DNA from: Alphaproteobacteria bacterium
Lineage (GTDB): Bacteria; Pseudomonadota; Alphaproteobacteria; SHVR01
DNA: 64,000 nt
Assembly: GCA_009694185.1 (NCBI GenBank)
Contig: SHVR01000004.1
Location: forward strand, 1,933-65,932
Direction of reading: 5' to 3'
Shown here: in pieces, positions 31,451-40,341 of the stretch
How positions within the stretch are numbered: position 1 is the stretch's first letter
How the letters are laid out: every line of letters starts with the position of its first letter
Made by a program: the position numbers and the translations under genes
Notes under the pieces: generated by a model
What the model saw: the letters and a program-made list of their open reading frames with translations, nothing else
Databases searched by the model: none
Told to the model about the DNA's origin: nothing

Positions 31451-32103
31451 ACGACATCCCCGCTCCGGTTCTTCTCATAGAAGCCAACACGGTCATCGCC
31501 ACGCCGCCGCTCGTCCCGGAAATTCGCCTGCATCTCGCGACCGAAGTGACGCCGCTCTGGGAGGCGACCGAGCGGTTCTTGCGGGAAGCGCATCTACCGC
31601 CGCCCTTCTGGGCCTTCGCCTGGCCGGGCGGTCAGGCGCTCGCCCGTTTCGTCCTCGACAATCCCGCCTGGGTCGAGGGCCGTCGGGTGCTCGATGTGGG
31701 CGCCGGCAGCGGCCTCGTCGCCATCGCGGCGGCGCTCGCCGGCGCCAAGTACGTGATCGCCGCCGACATGGATGCCAACGCGCGCCGCGCCGTTCTCCTC
31801 AACGCGGCGCTCAACGGGGTCGACATCGAGATCGTAGCGGGCGACGCGACGGCCCAGGCACCCGCGCCTGTCGACACGGTGCTGGCGGGCGACATTTGCT
31901 ATGAGCGCGGCGCGGCGGCGCGTTTAAGCGAATGGCTCGCTGGCCTCACGGCCAGCGGCATGGTGGTACTGCTCGGCGATCCGGGTCGAACCTATCTTCC
32001 CAAGGACCGGCTGGAGGCGCTGGCAAACTACGACGTGCCGACCTCGCTCGAACTCGAGGATCGCGTCATGAAAGCGACCACCATCTGGCGCATGCGCGGC
32101 TGA
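31447..32103 (+). CDS. Class I SAM-dependent methyltransferase (protein-lysine/N-methylase-like)
   Basis: Motif I VLDVGAGSGLVAIAAALAGA. The GTG start overlaps the ubiA stop (GTGA). Confidence 0.7.
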   Translation: MNDIPAPVLLIEANTVIATPPLVPEIRLHLATEVTPLWEATERFLREAHLPPPFWAFAWPGGQALARFVLDNPAWVEGRRVLDVGAGSGLVAIAAALAGAKYVIAADMDANARRAVLLNAALNGVDIEIVAGDATAQAPAPVDTVLAGDICYERGAAARLSEWLAGLTASGMVVLLGDPGRTYLPKDRLEALANYDVPTSLELEDRVMKATTIWRMRG

Positions 32104-32165
32104 GCCGGCCTCGGGCGCGCCGGCGCCGACACTGCCGCTGGAGCCGAAGCGAGGCATGCGTTACC

Positions 32166-33128
32166 ATGCCACCCGGACGACCCAAAGGGGACCGATCGGT
32201 GACAGGAAGCCAACCATCAGGTGCCATGGCCGAGGTCGGATGGCCGGTCGCGTCCGACGCCGAGGCTGTCGCGGTCCTCGCCGAGGCGCGGAGCGAGAGC
32301 GAACAGTTGAAACGGGCCCTGATTGCCCAGCGCGAGACCCTCAATCGGCTGGAACAGGCCCGTGAGGAGGCGGTGCAGCTTGCAAGAGCCGCTGGCGAAG
32401 CCGAGATCCGGCAATTGCGCCAGACCATCCAGGCGATGCGTGACGAGATGGATGAGCGCCGTGGATTGCACGTCGACGCCGTGCAGGCCGCCAAGGTAGC
32501 GGGGCAGCACGAACTGCAACAGTTGCAGAACACGGTGCGGCAGATGCGCGACACGCTGGATCACCAGCGTCACGAAGCGCAACGGGCCTTGCAGGAGGCC
32601 ATCGCCGCCGGGCGCTCGGAGGCACAGCAGCTTCAGGGCACGGCTCAGGCGCTCCGCGACGAGCTGGACGAGAACCTGAGACTGCACGTCGAGGCTATGC
32701 GGGCGGCCAGGACGGAAGGGCAGCACGAACTGCAACAGTTGCAGAACACGGTGCGGCAGATGCGCGACGCGCTGGATCACCAGCGGCACGAAGCGCAACG
32801 GACCTTGCAGGAGGCCGTCGCCGCCGGGCGGGCGGAGGCACAGCAGCTCCAGGGTACGGCTCAGACACTCCGCAACGAACTGGACGATGCCCATCTCGAG
32901 CGGCACCGCCTCCTCCAGGCAGCCGCGCAAATCGCCGCCGCGGAAGCCGATCAACTGCGCGAGACGGCGCGTCGCCTGCGCGACGCCCTACAGGTCAAGG
33001 AAATCGAGCTTCCTGAGCAGGCCCAACGACAGGAGCGGCTGCGCCGCGACGAGGTGCGGCAACTGCAAGCAACGATCCACGTGTTGCGGGATCAGATGGA
33101 GAGCCAGCGTGACCGATCGATTGTCTGA
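32166..33128 (+). CDS. Coiled-coil repeat protein (36-residue periodicity), function unknown
   Basis: 7-8 units of about 36 aa (G..E..QL..T....RD.LD........A...A...). Alternative starts are GTG 32199 and ATG 32226. The 3' end overlaps the cyclase start. Confidence 0.65.
   Translation: MPPGRPKGDRSVTGSQPSGAMAEVGWPVASDAEAVAVLAEARSESEQLKRALIAQRETLNRLEQAREEAVQLARAAGEAEIRQLRQTIQAMRDEMDERRGLHVDAVQAAKVAGQHELQQLQNTVRQMRDTLDHQRHEAQRALQEAIAAGRSEAQQLQGTAQALRDELDENLRLHVEAMRAARTEGQHELQQLQNTVRQMRDALDHQRHEAQRTLQEAVAAGRAEAQQLQGTAQTLRNELDDAHLERHRLLQAAAQIAAAEADQLRETARRLRDALQVKEIELPEQAQRQERLRRDEVRQLQATIHVLRDQMESQRDRSIV
32468..32899. repeat. Tandem duplication, 2 x 216 bp, inside the coiled-coil gene
   Basis: Unit 1 is 32468-32683 and unit 2 is 32684-32899. 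An identical 51-mer (GGGCAGCACGAACTGCAACAGTTGCAGAACACGGTGCGGCAGATGCGCGAC) occurs at 32502 and 32718. Confidence 0.85.
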
Positions 33129-35466
33129 GCGGGCGGAACAGCCAAGGCGTCCCCTCGTGGCGCCGGTGGCGCCGGCCAAGCGCCGAGGGGCGGCCGCCGC
33201 GAAAAGTGCGCCGAGGGAAGAACTGCGCCGCGCGAAGGTGCTTTTGGATGTCGCGCGCCGCTGTGCGCTCGGCACCACCCTCGACAACGTGCTGCATACC
33301 ATCGTCGAAATCGCGACCCGCGAGCTTGGTTGCGAACGCGCGACCCTGTTCCTCGCCGATCTTGGGTCCGGCGAGCTCTACTCGCGCATGGCACTTGGCG
33401 ACCTCAACCGGGAAATTCGCATCCTGAATAACAGCGGCATCGCCGGGCATGTTTTTCAATCCGGGGAAGGCGCCATCGTCGACGACGTCTATACCGATGC
33501 CCGTTTCAACAGTCTGGTCGATCAGCAGACCGGGTTCGTCACCCGCTCCATCGCGTGCGTTCCGGTGCACACCGTGCGCGGCGAACTGATCGGCGTGATG
33601 CAGTGCCTGAACAAGATCGAAGGCCGCTTCACGCCGGACGATCTCTCGCTCGTGGCCGAAATGACGACGCAGGCGGCGGTGGCCTTGCAGAGCGTGCAAT
33701 TCGTCGAACGCCTGGCCGAGAACCGGGCCAAGGAGATGTCCTTTCTCGACCTGGTGGCGGACATCACCTCGGAATTCGACCTATCGAAACTATTGCAGCG
33801 GGTGATGACCGAGGCGACCCGCATGCTGGGCGCCGACCGCTCCACGCTTTTTCTCAACGACGAGAAAACAGCAACTCTGTTCGCGCGCGTCGCCCAGGGG
33901 TCGAAGATCGGCGAGATCCGTTTTCCCAATCATCTGGGGATCGCCGGCACCGTCTTTCAGACCGGCACCAGCGTCCACATTCCTTACGCCTATGCCGATC
34001 TGCGCTTCAATACACTGTTCGACAAGCAGACCGGCTACTTCACACGTTCCATTCTCTGTGTCCCCATCGTCAACAAGGCAGGCAAAGTGATCGGGGTCAC
34101 GCAAGTCCTTAACAAGGTGGCCGGGCCCTTCACCGACGAAGACGAGGCCCGCCTGAAGGCCTTCACCGCCCAGGTTGCCATCGCACTCGAGAATACCAAG
34201 CTGTTCGACGACGTTCAGCGGATGAAGAACTACAACGAAAGCATGCTCGAGAGCATGTCGAACGGCGTCATCACCATCGACGAATCGGGCAATGTGGTGA
34301 CCTGCAACAAGGCGGGGCTCAGGATCCTCGAGTTCGATTCGCGCGGCATCGTCGGGCATGCGATTGCAGACGTGTTCAAGGACGACAATGCCTGGGTGAT
34401 CGAACGGATCGCCAAGGTGAAGGAAGAGCAACAGAACAACGTGACCATGGACGCGCAACTGACGATCGGCGGCGAACCGACCTCGGTCAACATGACCGTT
34501 TTGCCGCTGCTGAGTGGCGAGGGCGAGGGCGAGGGCGAGGGCAAGCTCGGTTCCATGGTGATGTTCGAGGACATCAGCTCCGAGAAACGCATGAAATCGA
34601 CGATGTCCCGATACATGGACCCAACCATCGTCGAGCAGATGCTGGAAAGCCGCGGCTCGGAGATTATGGGGGGTGCCGCCGCCGAGGCGACGATCATGTT
34701 CACCGACATCCGCGGATTCACGACCATCACCGAGGAGTACGGGGCGCAGGGCACCGTTTCATTCTTGAACCAGTATTTCGAGCTGATGGTCGAGTGCATC
34801 TCCCGCGAGGGCGGCATGCTGGATAAGTTCATCGGCGACGCCATCATGGCTTGCTTCGGTTTGCCGGTGCCCAAGGACGACGACGCGGATCGCGCCGTGC
34901 GTGCCGGCATCTCCATGATCCGAGAGTTGTGGCGCTGGAACGACGAGCGCCGCCGCACCGGCCTGAAAACTGTTGACATGGGCGTCGGCATGAACACGGA
35001 CATCGTGGTTTCCGGCAACATCGGCTCGCCAAAGCGCATGGACTACACGCTGATCGGCGACGGCGTGAACCTGGCCTCGCGCCTGGAAAGCGCCTGCAAG
35101 GCTTACTCGGCGCGAATCCTCATCAGCGAGACGACTGTCGCCAAGCTGAAAGGCACCTACCGGATGCGCGACATCGATCTTGTCGTCGTCAAGGGAAAGA
35201 CCCAGCCGGTCGGCGTCTTCGAGATCCTCGACTATCATACCGAGGAGACATTTCCCAACCTGATGGACGTCGTGAACTACTTCAATGACGGCATTCGGCA
35301 CTACCGCTTGGGGAAATGGGCTCCGGCAATCGAGAAATTCACGCGCGCGCTCGACTTCAATCCCCACGACCAGCTTTCGCTGACTTATATCGACCGCTGT
35401 GGCCAACTACAGGCCGGGCCGCCGGACGGCCCATGGGACGGCGTGTGGCGGATGAAGGAGAAGTAA
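33109..35466 (+). CDS. GAF-GAF-PAS-class III adenylate cyclase with C-terminal TPR-like tail
   Basis: Two GAF-like blocks (..ATLFL.D....LYS.., ..STLFLNDE..). A PAS-like block (MLESMSNGVITIDESGNVV.CN). Cyclase motifs (IMFTDIRGFT, DKFIGDAIMACFG, GDGVNLASRLES). The GTG at 33109 has a GGAGAG Shine-Dalgarno. Confidence 0.85.
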   Translation: MTDRLSERAEQPRRPLVAPVAPAKRRGAAAAKSAPREELRRAKVLLDVARRCALGTTLDNVLHTIVEIATRELGCERATLFLADLGSGELYSRMALGDLNREIRILNNSGIAGHVFQSGEGAIVDDVYTDARFNSLVDQQTGFVTRSIACVPVHTVRGELIGVMQCLNKIEGRFTPDDLSLVAEMTTQAAVALQSVQFVERLAENRAKEMSFLDLVADITSEFDLSKLLQRVMTEATRMLGADRSTLFLNDEKTATLFARVAQGSKIGEIRFPNHLGIAGTVFQTGTSVHIPYAYADLRFNTLFDKQTGYFTRSILCVPIVNKAGKVIGVTQVLNKVAGPFTDEDEARLKAFTAQVAIALENTKLFDDVQRMKNYNESMLESMSNGVITIDESGNVVTCNKAGLRILEFDSRGIVGHAIADVFKDDNAWVIERIAKVKEEQQNNVTMDAQLTIGGEPTSVNMTVLPLLSGEGEGEGEGKLGSMVMFEDISSEKRMKSTMSRYMDPTIVEQMLESRGSEIMGGAAAEATIMFTDIRGFTTITEEYGAQGTVSFLNQYFELMVECISREGGMLDKFIGDAIMACFGLPVPKDDDADRAVRAGISMIRELWRWNDERRRTGLKTVDMGVGMNTDIVVSGNIGSPKRMDYTLIGDGVNLASRLESACKAYSARILISETTVAKLKGTYRMRDIDLVVVKGKTQPVGVFEILDYHTEETFPNLMDVVNYFNDGIRHYRLGKWAPAIEKFTRALDFNPHDQLSLTYIDRCGQLQAGPPDGPWDGVWRMKEK
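34516..34542 (+). repeat. (GGCGAG)4GGC microsatellite encoding GEGEGEGEG
   Basis: Direct reading of 34516-34542 inside the cyclase gene. Confidence 0.9.
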
Positions 35467-35494
35467 GCCGGCATGGCGTTACGGGGAGTTTCGG

Positions 35495-35563
35495 GTTTCG
35501 GGGACACAAAACTTAATTGACGTCGCGTGGCGCCACGTTAATTAAGTTTTGTGTCCCCGAAAC
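35495..35563. repeat. 24-bp perfect inverted repeat with 21-nt spacer (candidate bidirectional terminator or protein-binding palindrome)
   Basis: Left arm GTTTCGGGGACACAAAACTTAATT (35495-35518). Right arm AATTAAGTTTTGTGTCCCCGAAAC (35540-35563). The spacer contains the 12-bp palindrome CGTGGCGCCACG. Confidence 0.75.
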
Positions 35564-37443
35564 GCCGTCTCGCCCTTGGCCGCCTCCAGGGCCTCCTGGG
35601 CGGCAAGCCAGGCCGCTTCCGCCTCGGTGAGTGCGCGATCGAGCTCGGCCACGCGTTTCTGGATCGCCACGACCGCATCGCCGGCCTGTCGATAGAGGGC
35701 GGGGTCGGCAAGCTCGGCATGCGCCCGGCGCCGCTCCTGGATCAGCTTCTCGACTCGCCTCTCCGCTCGGCTCGCCGCATCCAGGAGCGGCCCCCGGGCG
35801 GCGCGCGCCTCGGCGCCCGCGCGCCGTGCCTCGCGCCGATTGCCCCGCGCGGCCGGTCGCTCGGCCCGCCCGTTGCCCCGCCGCTCCTCCAACAGCAGGC
35901 GCCGGTAATCCTCGATATCGCCGTCGAAGGGCCGGCAAGTGCCATTGGCCACGAGCCAGAGCCGCTCGGCGCAGAGTTCGATCAAATGCAGATCGTGGGT
36001 CACCAGGATGACCGCGCCCGTATATTCGTTGAGAGCGTCGATCAGCGCCTCGCGCGAAGCGAGGTCGAGATGGTTGGTCGGTTCGTCGAGCAGCAGCAAT
36101 TGCGGCTTGGCGCGCATGACGCTGGCGAGCAGCAGGCGAGCCTTCTCGCCGCCCGAGAGCGAGCCGATCGCCAAATCGGACTTCTCTTGGCCGAGCCCGA
36201 AGCGGCCGAGATGGGCGCGGACCGCCGTCTCGGTCACCTTGCCCATCAGCGCCGCCATGTGGGAGAGGGCGGTCCGGTCGAGATCGAAGACCTCGGTCTC
36301 CTCTTGCGCGAAATAGCCGACCCGGAGCCGGGGCGAGCGGAAAACATGCCCGCCTTCGGCCGCGAGCGCGCCCTGGAACAGCCGCAAGAGCGTCGTCTTA
36401 CCGTTGCCGTTGGCGCCCATGAGGGCGATGCGGTCTTCCATGTCGATGCGCAAGCCCAGCCCCCTGAGCACCGGCTGGCCGGGGCTGTAGCCGACGCTCG
36501 CATGGTCGAGCGTGATCATCGGCGGCGCCACGGCCTCGGGCGCCGGGAAATCGAAGCGCATGTCGGGGGCCGGTGGTGGTGGCGGTGCCGCGTCGAGACG
36601 CGCCAGCGCCTTTAGACGAGACTGGGCTTGGCGCGCCTTGCTCGCCTTGTAGCGGAACCGGTCGACAAAGGCCTGGATGTGCTTGCGTTGGGCTTCCTGG
36701 CTCGCATGGTGGGCGGCCTGGGTCTCGCGCTGGGCGGCATAGGTCGCCTCGAAACGGTCGTAGCCGCCGCTGTAAAGCGTGAGCTTGCCATGCTCGAGAT
36801 TGAGGATCGCGTCGACGGCGGTATTCAAGAGCGCCCGGTCATGGCTGACCAGCAGCATGGTGCCGGCATAGCTCGCCAAATGGCTTTCGAGCCAGAGGCG
36901 CGCCTCCAGGTCGAGATGGTTGCTGGGCTCGTCCAGCAGCAGCAAGTCGGAATCGAGGAAAAGCGTGGCGGCGAGCGCCACGCGCATGCGCCAGCCGCCC
37001 GAGAAGGAGTCGAGCGGGCGGCCCTGGGCCGCCGCGTCGAAACCCAGGCCGGCCAGCACCGACGCGGCCCGGGCGGGTGCCGCGGCGGCATCGATATCGG
37101 CCAGGCGCGCATGCAGTTCCGCCAGCCTGGCCCCGTCACTCGTCGCGTCCGACTCGGCGAGCAGGCGCGTCCGTTCCACGTCGCTCGCCAGCACGAAGTC
37201 GAGCGGCGATCGGCTGCCGCCGGGCATCGACTGGGCGACACTGGCGAGCCGGGTGCGCGAACCGCACGAGACGCTACCCCCATCCGGCGCGTACTCGCCG
37301 GTAATGAGGCGCAGCAGGGTGGACTTGCCGGTACCATTGCGCCCCACGAGGCCGACTTTGTGGCGGTCGGGAATCGTCACCGAGGCACCGCCGAACAAGA
37401 CGCGGCCGCCGATCCGGAAGATGAGGTCCTTGATTTGCAACAT
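35542..37443 (-). CDS. ABC-F family ATPase (two NBDs, no TMD)
   Basis: Two Walker A motifs (GRNGTGKST, GANGNGKTT), two LSGG signatures, and a coiled C-terminal arm. Start at ATG 37443 (MLQIKDL). Confidence 0.9.
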   Translation of the reverse strand: MLQIKDLIFRIGGRVLFGGASVTIPDRHKVGLVGRNGTGKSTLLRLITGEYAPDGGSVSCGSRTRLASVAQSMPGGSRSPLDFVLASDVERTRLLAESDATSDGARLAELHARLADIDAAAAPARAASVLAGLGFDAAAQGRPLDSFSGGWRMRVALAATLFLDSDLLLLDEPSNHLDLEARLWLESHLASYAGTMLLVSHDRALLNTAVDAILNLEHGKLTLYSGGYDRFEATYAAQRETQAAHHASQEAQRKHIQAFVDRFRYKASKARQAQSRLKALARLDAAPPPPPAPDMRFDFPAPEAVAPPMITLDHASVGYSPGQPVLRGLGLRIDMEDRIALMGANGNGKTTLLRLFQGALAAEGGHVFRSPRLRVGYFAQEETEVFDLDRTALSHMAALMGKVTETAVRAHLGRFGLGQEKSDLAIGSLSGGEKARLLLASVMRAKPQLLLLDEPTNHLDLASREALIDALNEYTGAVILVTHDLHLIELCAERLWLVANGTCRPFDGDIEDYRRLLLEERRGNGRAERPAARGNRREARRAGAEARAARGPLLDAASRAERRVEKLIQERRRAHAELADPALYRQAGDAVVAIQKRVAELDRALTEAEAAWLAAQEALEAAKGETAFRGHKT

Positions 37444-37521
37444 GGGGCGGACCCATAGCACGGCTTTGAGTGCCGAAGAACCCGTTCGCTCCGACGCAAA
37501 ACCGTTCGGGCAAGATTAGGA

Positions 37522-38404
37522 TTAATTCGGGCCCTCGATGGCCTGCCCGCAACGTGGGCATGCGGTCGGGTGGCAGGCGCGGCACCAAGCTTTGCCACAG
37601 GACGGGCACGGCGCCTGGCCGGCGGGGTCGGTGATGTGGAGACGATCGTCGCAAACGAGACGCGATCGCCCCAGACCCAGGCCCCACTCGCTCGCCGGCG
37701 GCTCCATAAGACGCACCGCCGCGTGCCAGTCGATTCGCATGAGCCTCTCACCCTTGCGGCGTTTGACCAACACATCGAAGCGTTGTACTGGAACAAGCAA
37801 CTCCAGCCCCTGCACCCACTCGACCGTCACGCGCAGCGCGTAATTGTGGCGCAGATCGTCGAGCTTGGCGGCGTATTCCCGCTCCACCGCGGCGATCCGC
37901 AATGTCTCGCGCTTGCGGTCGGCGTCCGCCTTTTCGCCCGCGGCGCCGGCAAGGGTGGCGAGCTTCTTTTGAGCCGTGAGCCGCTGGTCATTGTGGTAGG
38001 CATGGACTCGACTGCAATCGCGGTCGAGACGGCGTCGCATGGTGCGCAGAAACGGCGCCATTTCGAGCCGCACATGGTGTTCGAGCAGTGGCCGAACCCT
38101 CGCTTCAAGCCTTGGCGCGTCCCAGCCCGGTTCCCACTGGCGGCGGACGTCTTGGTCCGGCGCTTGCCATTGCGAGCCTCCCGCCAACGACCACCGCAGC
38201 CGCGCCAATACGTCGTCGATGACCGCGCCGGTTCCTTGGTTGAACCCGAGCCAGATGAGCCCTTCGCGCTTCTCGTCGGAGACGGCGGTGTAACGGAAAG
38301 CCAGCAGCAGACATCGCGCCCAGGCCGCCGAGACACCCTGCAAGCGCCATGTGGCATTGGGCAGGTCGAGGACGTGGTCGAGCAGGCGTTTCGGGATCCG
38401 TGGG
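37522..38404 (-). CDS. C-terminal (main) part of the helicase-associated protein. Central coiled coil plus a terminal triple-CxxC zinc-ribbon
   Basis: High-GC3 frame with protein-like composition from about 38404 downward. Ends ..CPSCGKAWCRACHPTACPRCGQAIEGPN. No credible own start or Shine-Dalgarno (see findings). Confidence 0.6.
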
Positions 38405-38683
38405 GCTGGGCAACGGGCCCGCGAGTACGACCTGGCGCGCGGCCCAACGACCTCGGTCACCGAGAAGGGTGCCGAAGCGATCAAGCCAGTCGCCTTCGAA
38501 TCCAACCGGTGTCGCGCCGCTCGGAAGCTCGGCCCCGAAGCCGAGCCGCGCCAGTTCCGGCCAACCCATGGCCAAGCGGAGCGCTTCGGGCGCGAGCACT
38601 TCCAGGCCGTCCGGCTCCACCGCCTCGACGGCCGACCCTTCGATCTCCAGCACGTCGGCGACGAAATCGCGCAGCGCCCCCAT
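38403..38683 (-). CDS. N-terminal part of the same helicase-associated protein (frame broken at the G4 run 38402-38405)
   Basis: The ATG at 38683 has a GAGGGAG Shine-Dalgarno 6 nt upstream, just after the helicase stop. Protein-like until ..RQVVLAGPLP. After that the frame degenerates into an R/P/A/G-rich, low-GC3 tail running to 38105. Confidence 0.5.
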
Positions 38684-38694
38684 CGCCAGCTCCC

Positions 38695-40341
38695 TCACGC
38701 CGTTTCGAAATCTTCGCCGAACAGTGCCTCATCGAGTGCCTTGGCACCCTCATGCTGCCGCCGCGCCTGGTCGAGCCGTCGGCCCAGCGCATCGAAGGCA
38801 TCGGCCCGACCGGTCTCGGTCGCTTCGAGCCAGGCATCGAGCGCGAGATCCGGGAAGTCGCGCTCCTCCTCCAGGCCGCCGAGGATCGCGCCGACCTCAC
38901 CGACGGCCAGCTCGAACATGGATATCTTCTCCTCGAGCAGCGCCAACATCCGCTCTTCCAGCGTGCCGCGCGTCACGAGGTTGAAAACGAAGACCTCCCG
39001 GTTCTGGCCGATACGGTCGATGCGGCCGATACGTTGCTCGATCGCCATGGGGTTCCAAGGCAGATCGAAGTTGATGAGCGTGTTGCAGAACTGAATGTTG
39101 CGGCCCTCGCCGCCGGATTCCGTGCAGAGCAGCACGGACGCTTGGTCTCGAAAGTCGGCAATCGCCGCATCCTTCAGCGGCCCGCTGAGACTGCCATCGA
39201 AGCTGGTGAAGGAGATTCCGGTGCGCGAGAGCAAATCACCCAGGCGCGCCAGCGTCGCGCGGGAATGGGCGAAGACCAGCTTCTTCTCGGCCGGGTTGCG
39301 CCGAAGCAGGTCGAGGAGCGCCCCTTCCTTGCCACCGGTTTCAATCGCGGCCCAGCGTTCGGCCAGACCCCGCCACTCCAGGTCGCCGGGACGGCGTGCC
39401 GCGAAACGCGCCACGGCCGCCGCCGTCGCGGTGGGCGACGATCCGGCCGCGCCGAGCAGGTGGTGCAGCGCCAGCTGGTGGCGGCCGGCCTCGGCCGCGA
39501 GGCGGCGCGCCGCCGCGGCCAGATCGGCATAGGCCTCGACCTCGCCCGGTCGGCCATCGACACTCATCGTCACCGCGTGGCGGCGCGGCAGCTTCAGGGC
39601 GACGACGGCGCGGGTGTTGCCGATCATCGCGCCCCGCAACAATTCGCGCAGGTGCTCGGGATTCGCCGGCTGTCTCGGCTTGCCGGGCGTCATACAGAGA
39701 GCGCGGAACTCCTTGAGCGTCTTGAAGATGCCGGGCTTCAAGAGCGTCATCAGATTGTATAATTCGACAAGGTCGTTCTGCACCGGCGTCGCCGAGAGCA
39801 GCAGGAGGAAACGCTTGTTGAGCGCGTCGACGAGCTTCCAACTTTGGCTCGACCGGTCGCGCAGATGATGCGCCTCGTCGATGATGACGAGGTCGAAGAT
39901 GCCCCCGAGCAGATGCTCGGCATGCTCGCGTCGGCGAGCCGCCGCGATCGACGCGACGATGCGCTTCTGTTGCCAGAACGCCCGCGGGTCGTCGCGGAGC
40001 AGCGGGTCGTGGGTGGTCGCGAAGGAAAGGCGGAATTTAGTCTCCAGTTCCTCCCGCCATTGCCCAACCAGTGAAGCCGGCGTCAGCACCAGCACGCGCT
40101 CCGCCATGCCGCGCAACGCATACTCCTTGAGGACCATTCCCGCCTCGATGGTCTTGCCGAGGCCGACCTCGTCGGCGAGCAACACACGGCCGCGGAACTG
40201 CTTCAACACCTTCCGCACGGTCTCGATCTGATGCCGGTGTGGTTCAACGCCGGTGAGGTGCGGCAGGCAGAGAAGCTCGTCGAAGCCTTGCGCCAGGCCG
40301 AGATGGGTGAAGCGCTCGCGCAAATCCCACCAGGGGCCCAC
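38695..40341 (-). CDS. SNF2/RapA-like helicase core
   Basis: Motif I LADEVGLGKT, motif II DEAHHL, motif III LLLSATP, motif VI QRIGRIDRIGQ. The C-terminal ..ERMLALLEEKISMFE.. is typical of RapA/HepA-type enzymes. There is no Shine-Dalgarno before the GTG at 40341. Confidence 0.85.
   Translation of the reverse strand: MGPWWDLRERFTHLGLAQGFDELLCLPHLTGVEPHRHQIETVRKVLKQFRGRVLLADEVGLGKTIEAGMVLKEYALRGMAERVLVLTPASLVGQWREELETKFRLSFATTHDPLLRDDPRAFWQQKRIVASIAAARRREHAEHLLGGIFDLVIIDEAHHLRDRSSQSWKLVDALNKRFLLLLSATPVQNDLVELYNLMTLLKPGIFKTLKEFRALCMTPGKPRQPANPEHLRELLRGAMIGNTRAVVALKLPRRHAVTMSVDGRPGEVEAYADLAAAARRLAAEAGRHQLALHHLLGAAGSSPTATAAAVARFAARRPGDLEWRGLAERWAAIETGGKEGALLDLLRRNPAEKKLVFAHSRATLARLGDLLSRTGISFTSFDGSLSGPLKDAAIADFRDQASVLLCTESGGEGRNIQFCNTLINFDLPWNPMAIEQRIGRIDRIGQNREVFVFNLVTRGTLEERMLALLEEKISMFELAVGEVGAILGGLEEERDFPDLALDAWLEATETGRADAFDALGRRLDQARRQHEGAKALDEALFGEDFETA

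Noticed and set aside
31932-32165. N-terminal extension of the coiled-coil ORF back to 31932
   Set aside because: It overlaps the 3' end of the methyltransferase gene in another frame and is Arg/Ser/Gly-rich. Real starts are at 32166 or later.
38105-38400. C-terminal 100 codons of ORF 38105..38698 as real coding sequence
   Set aside because: It has low GC3 and an R/P/A/G-rich composition. The overlapping +1 frame is clearly the coding one, so this is an out-of-frame tail after the G4-run frame break.
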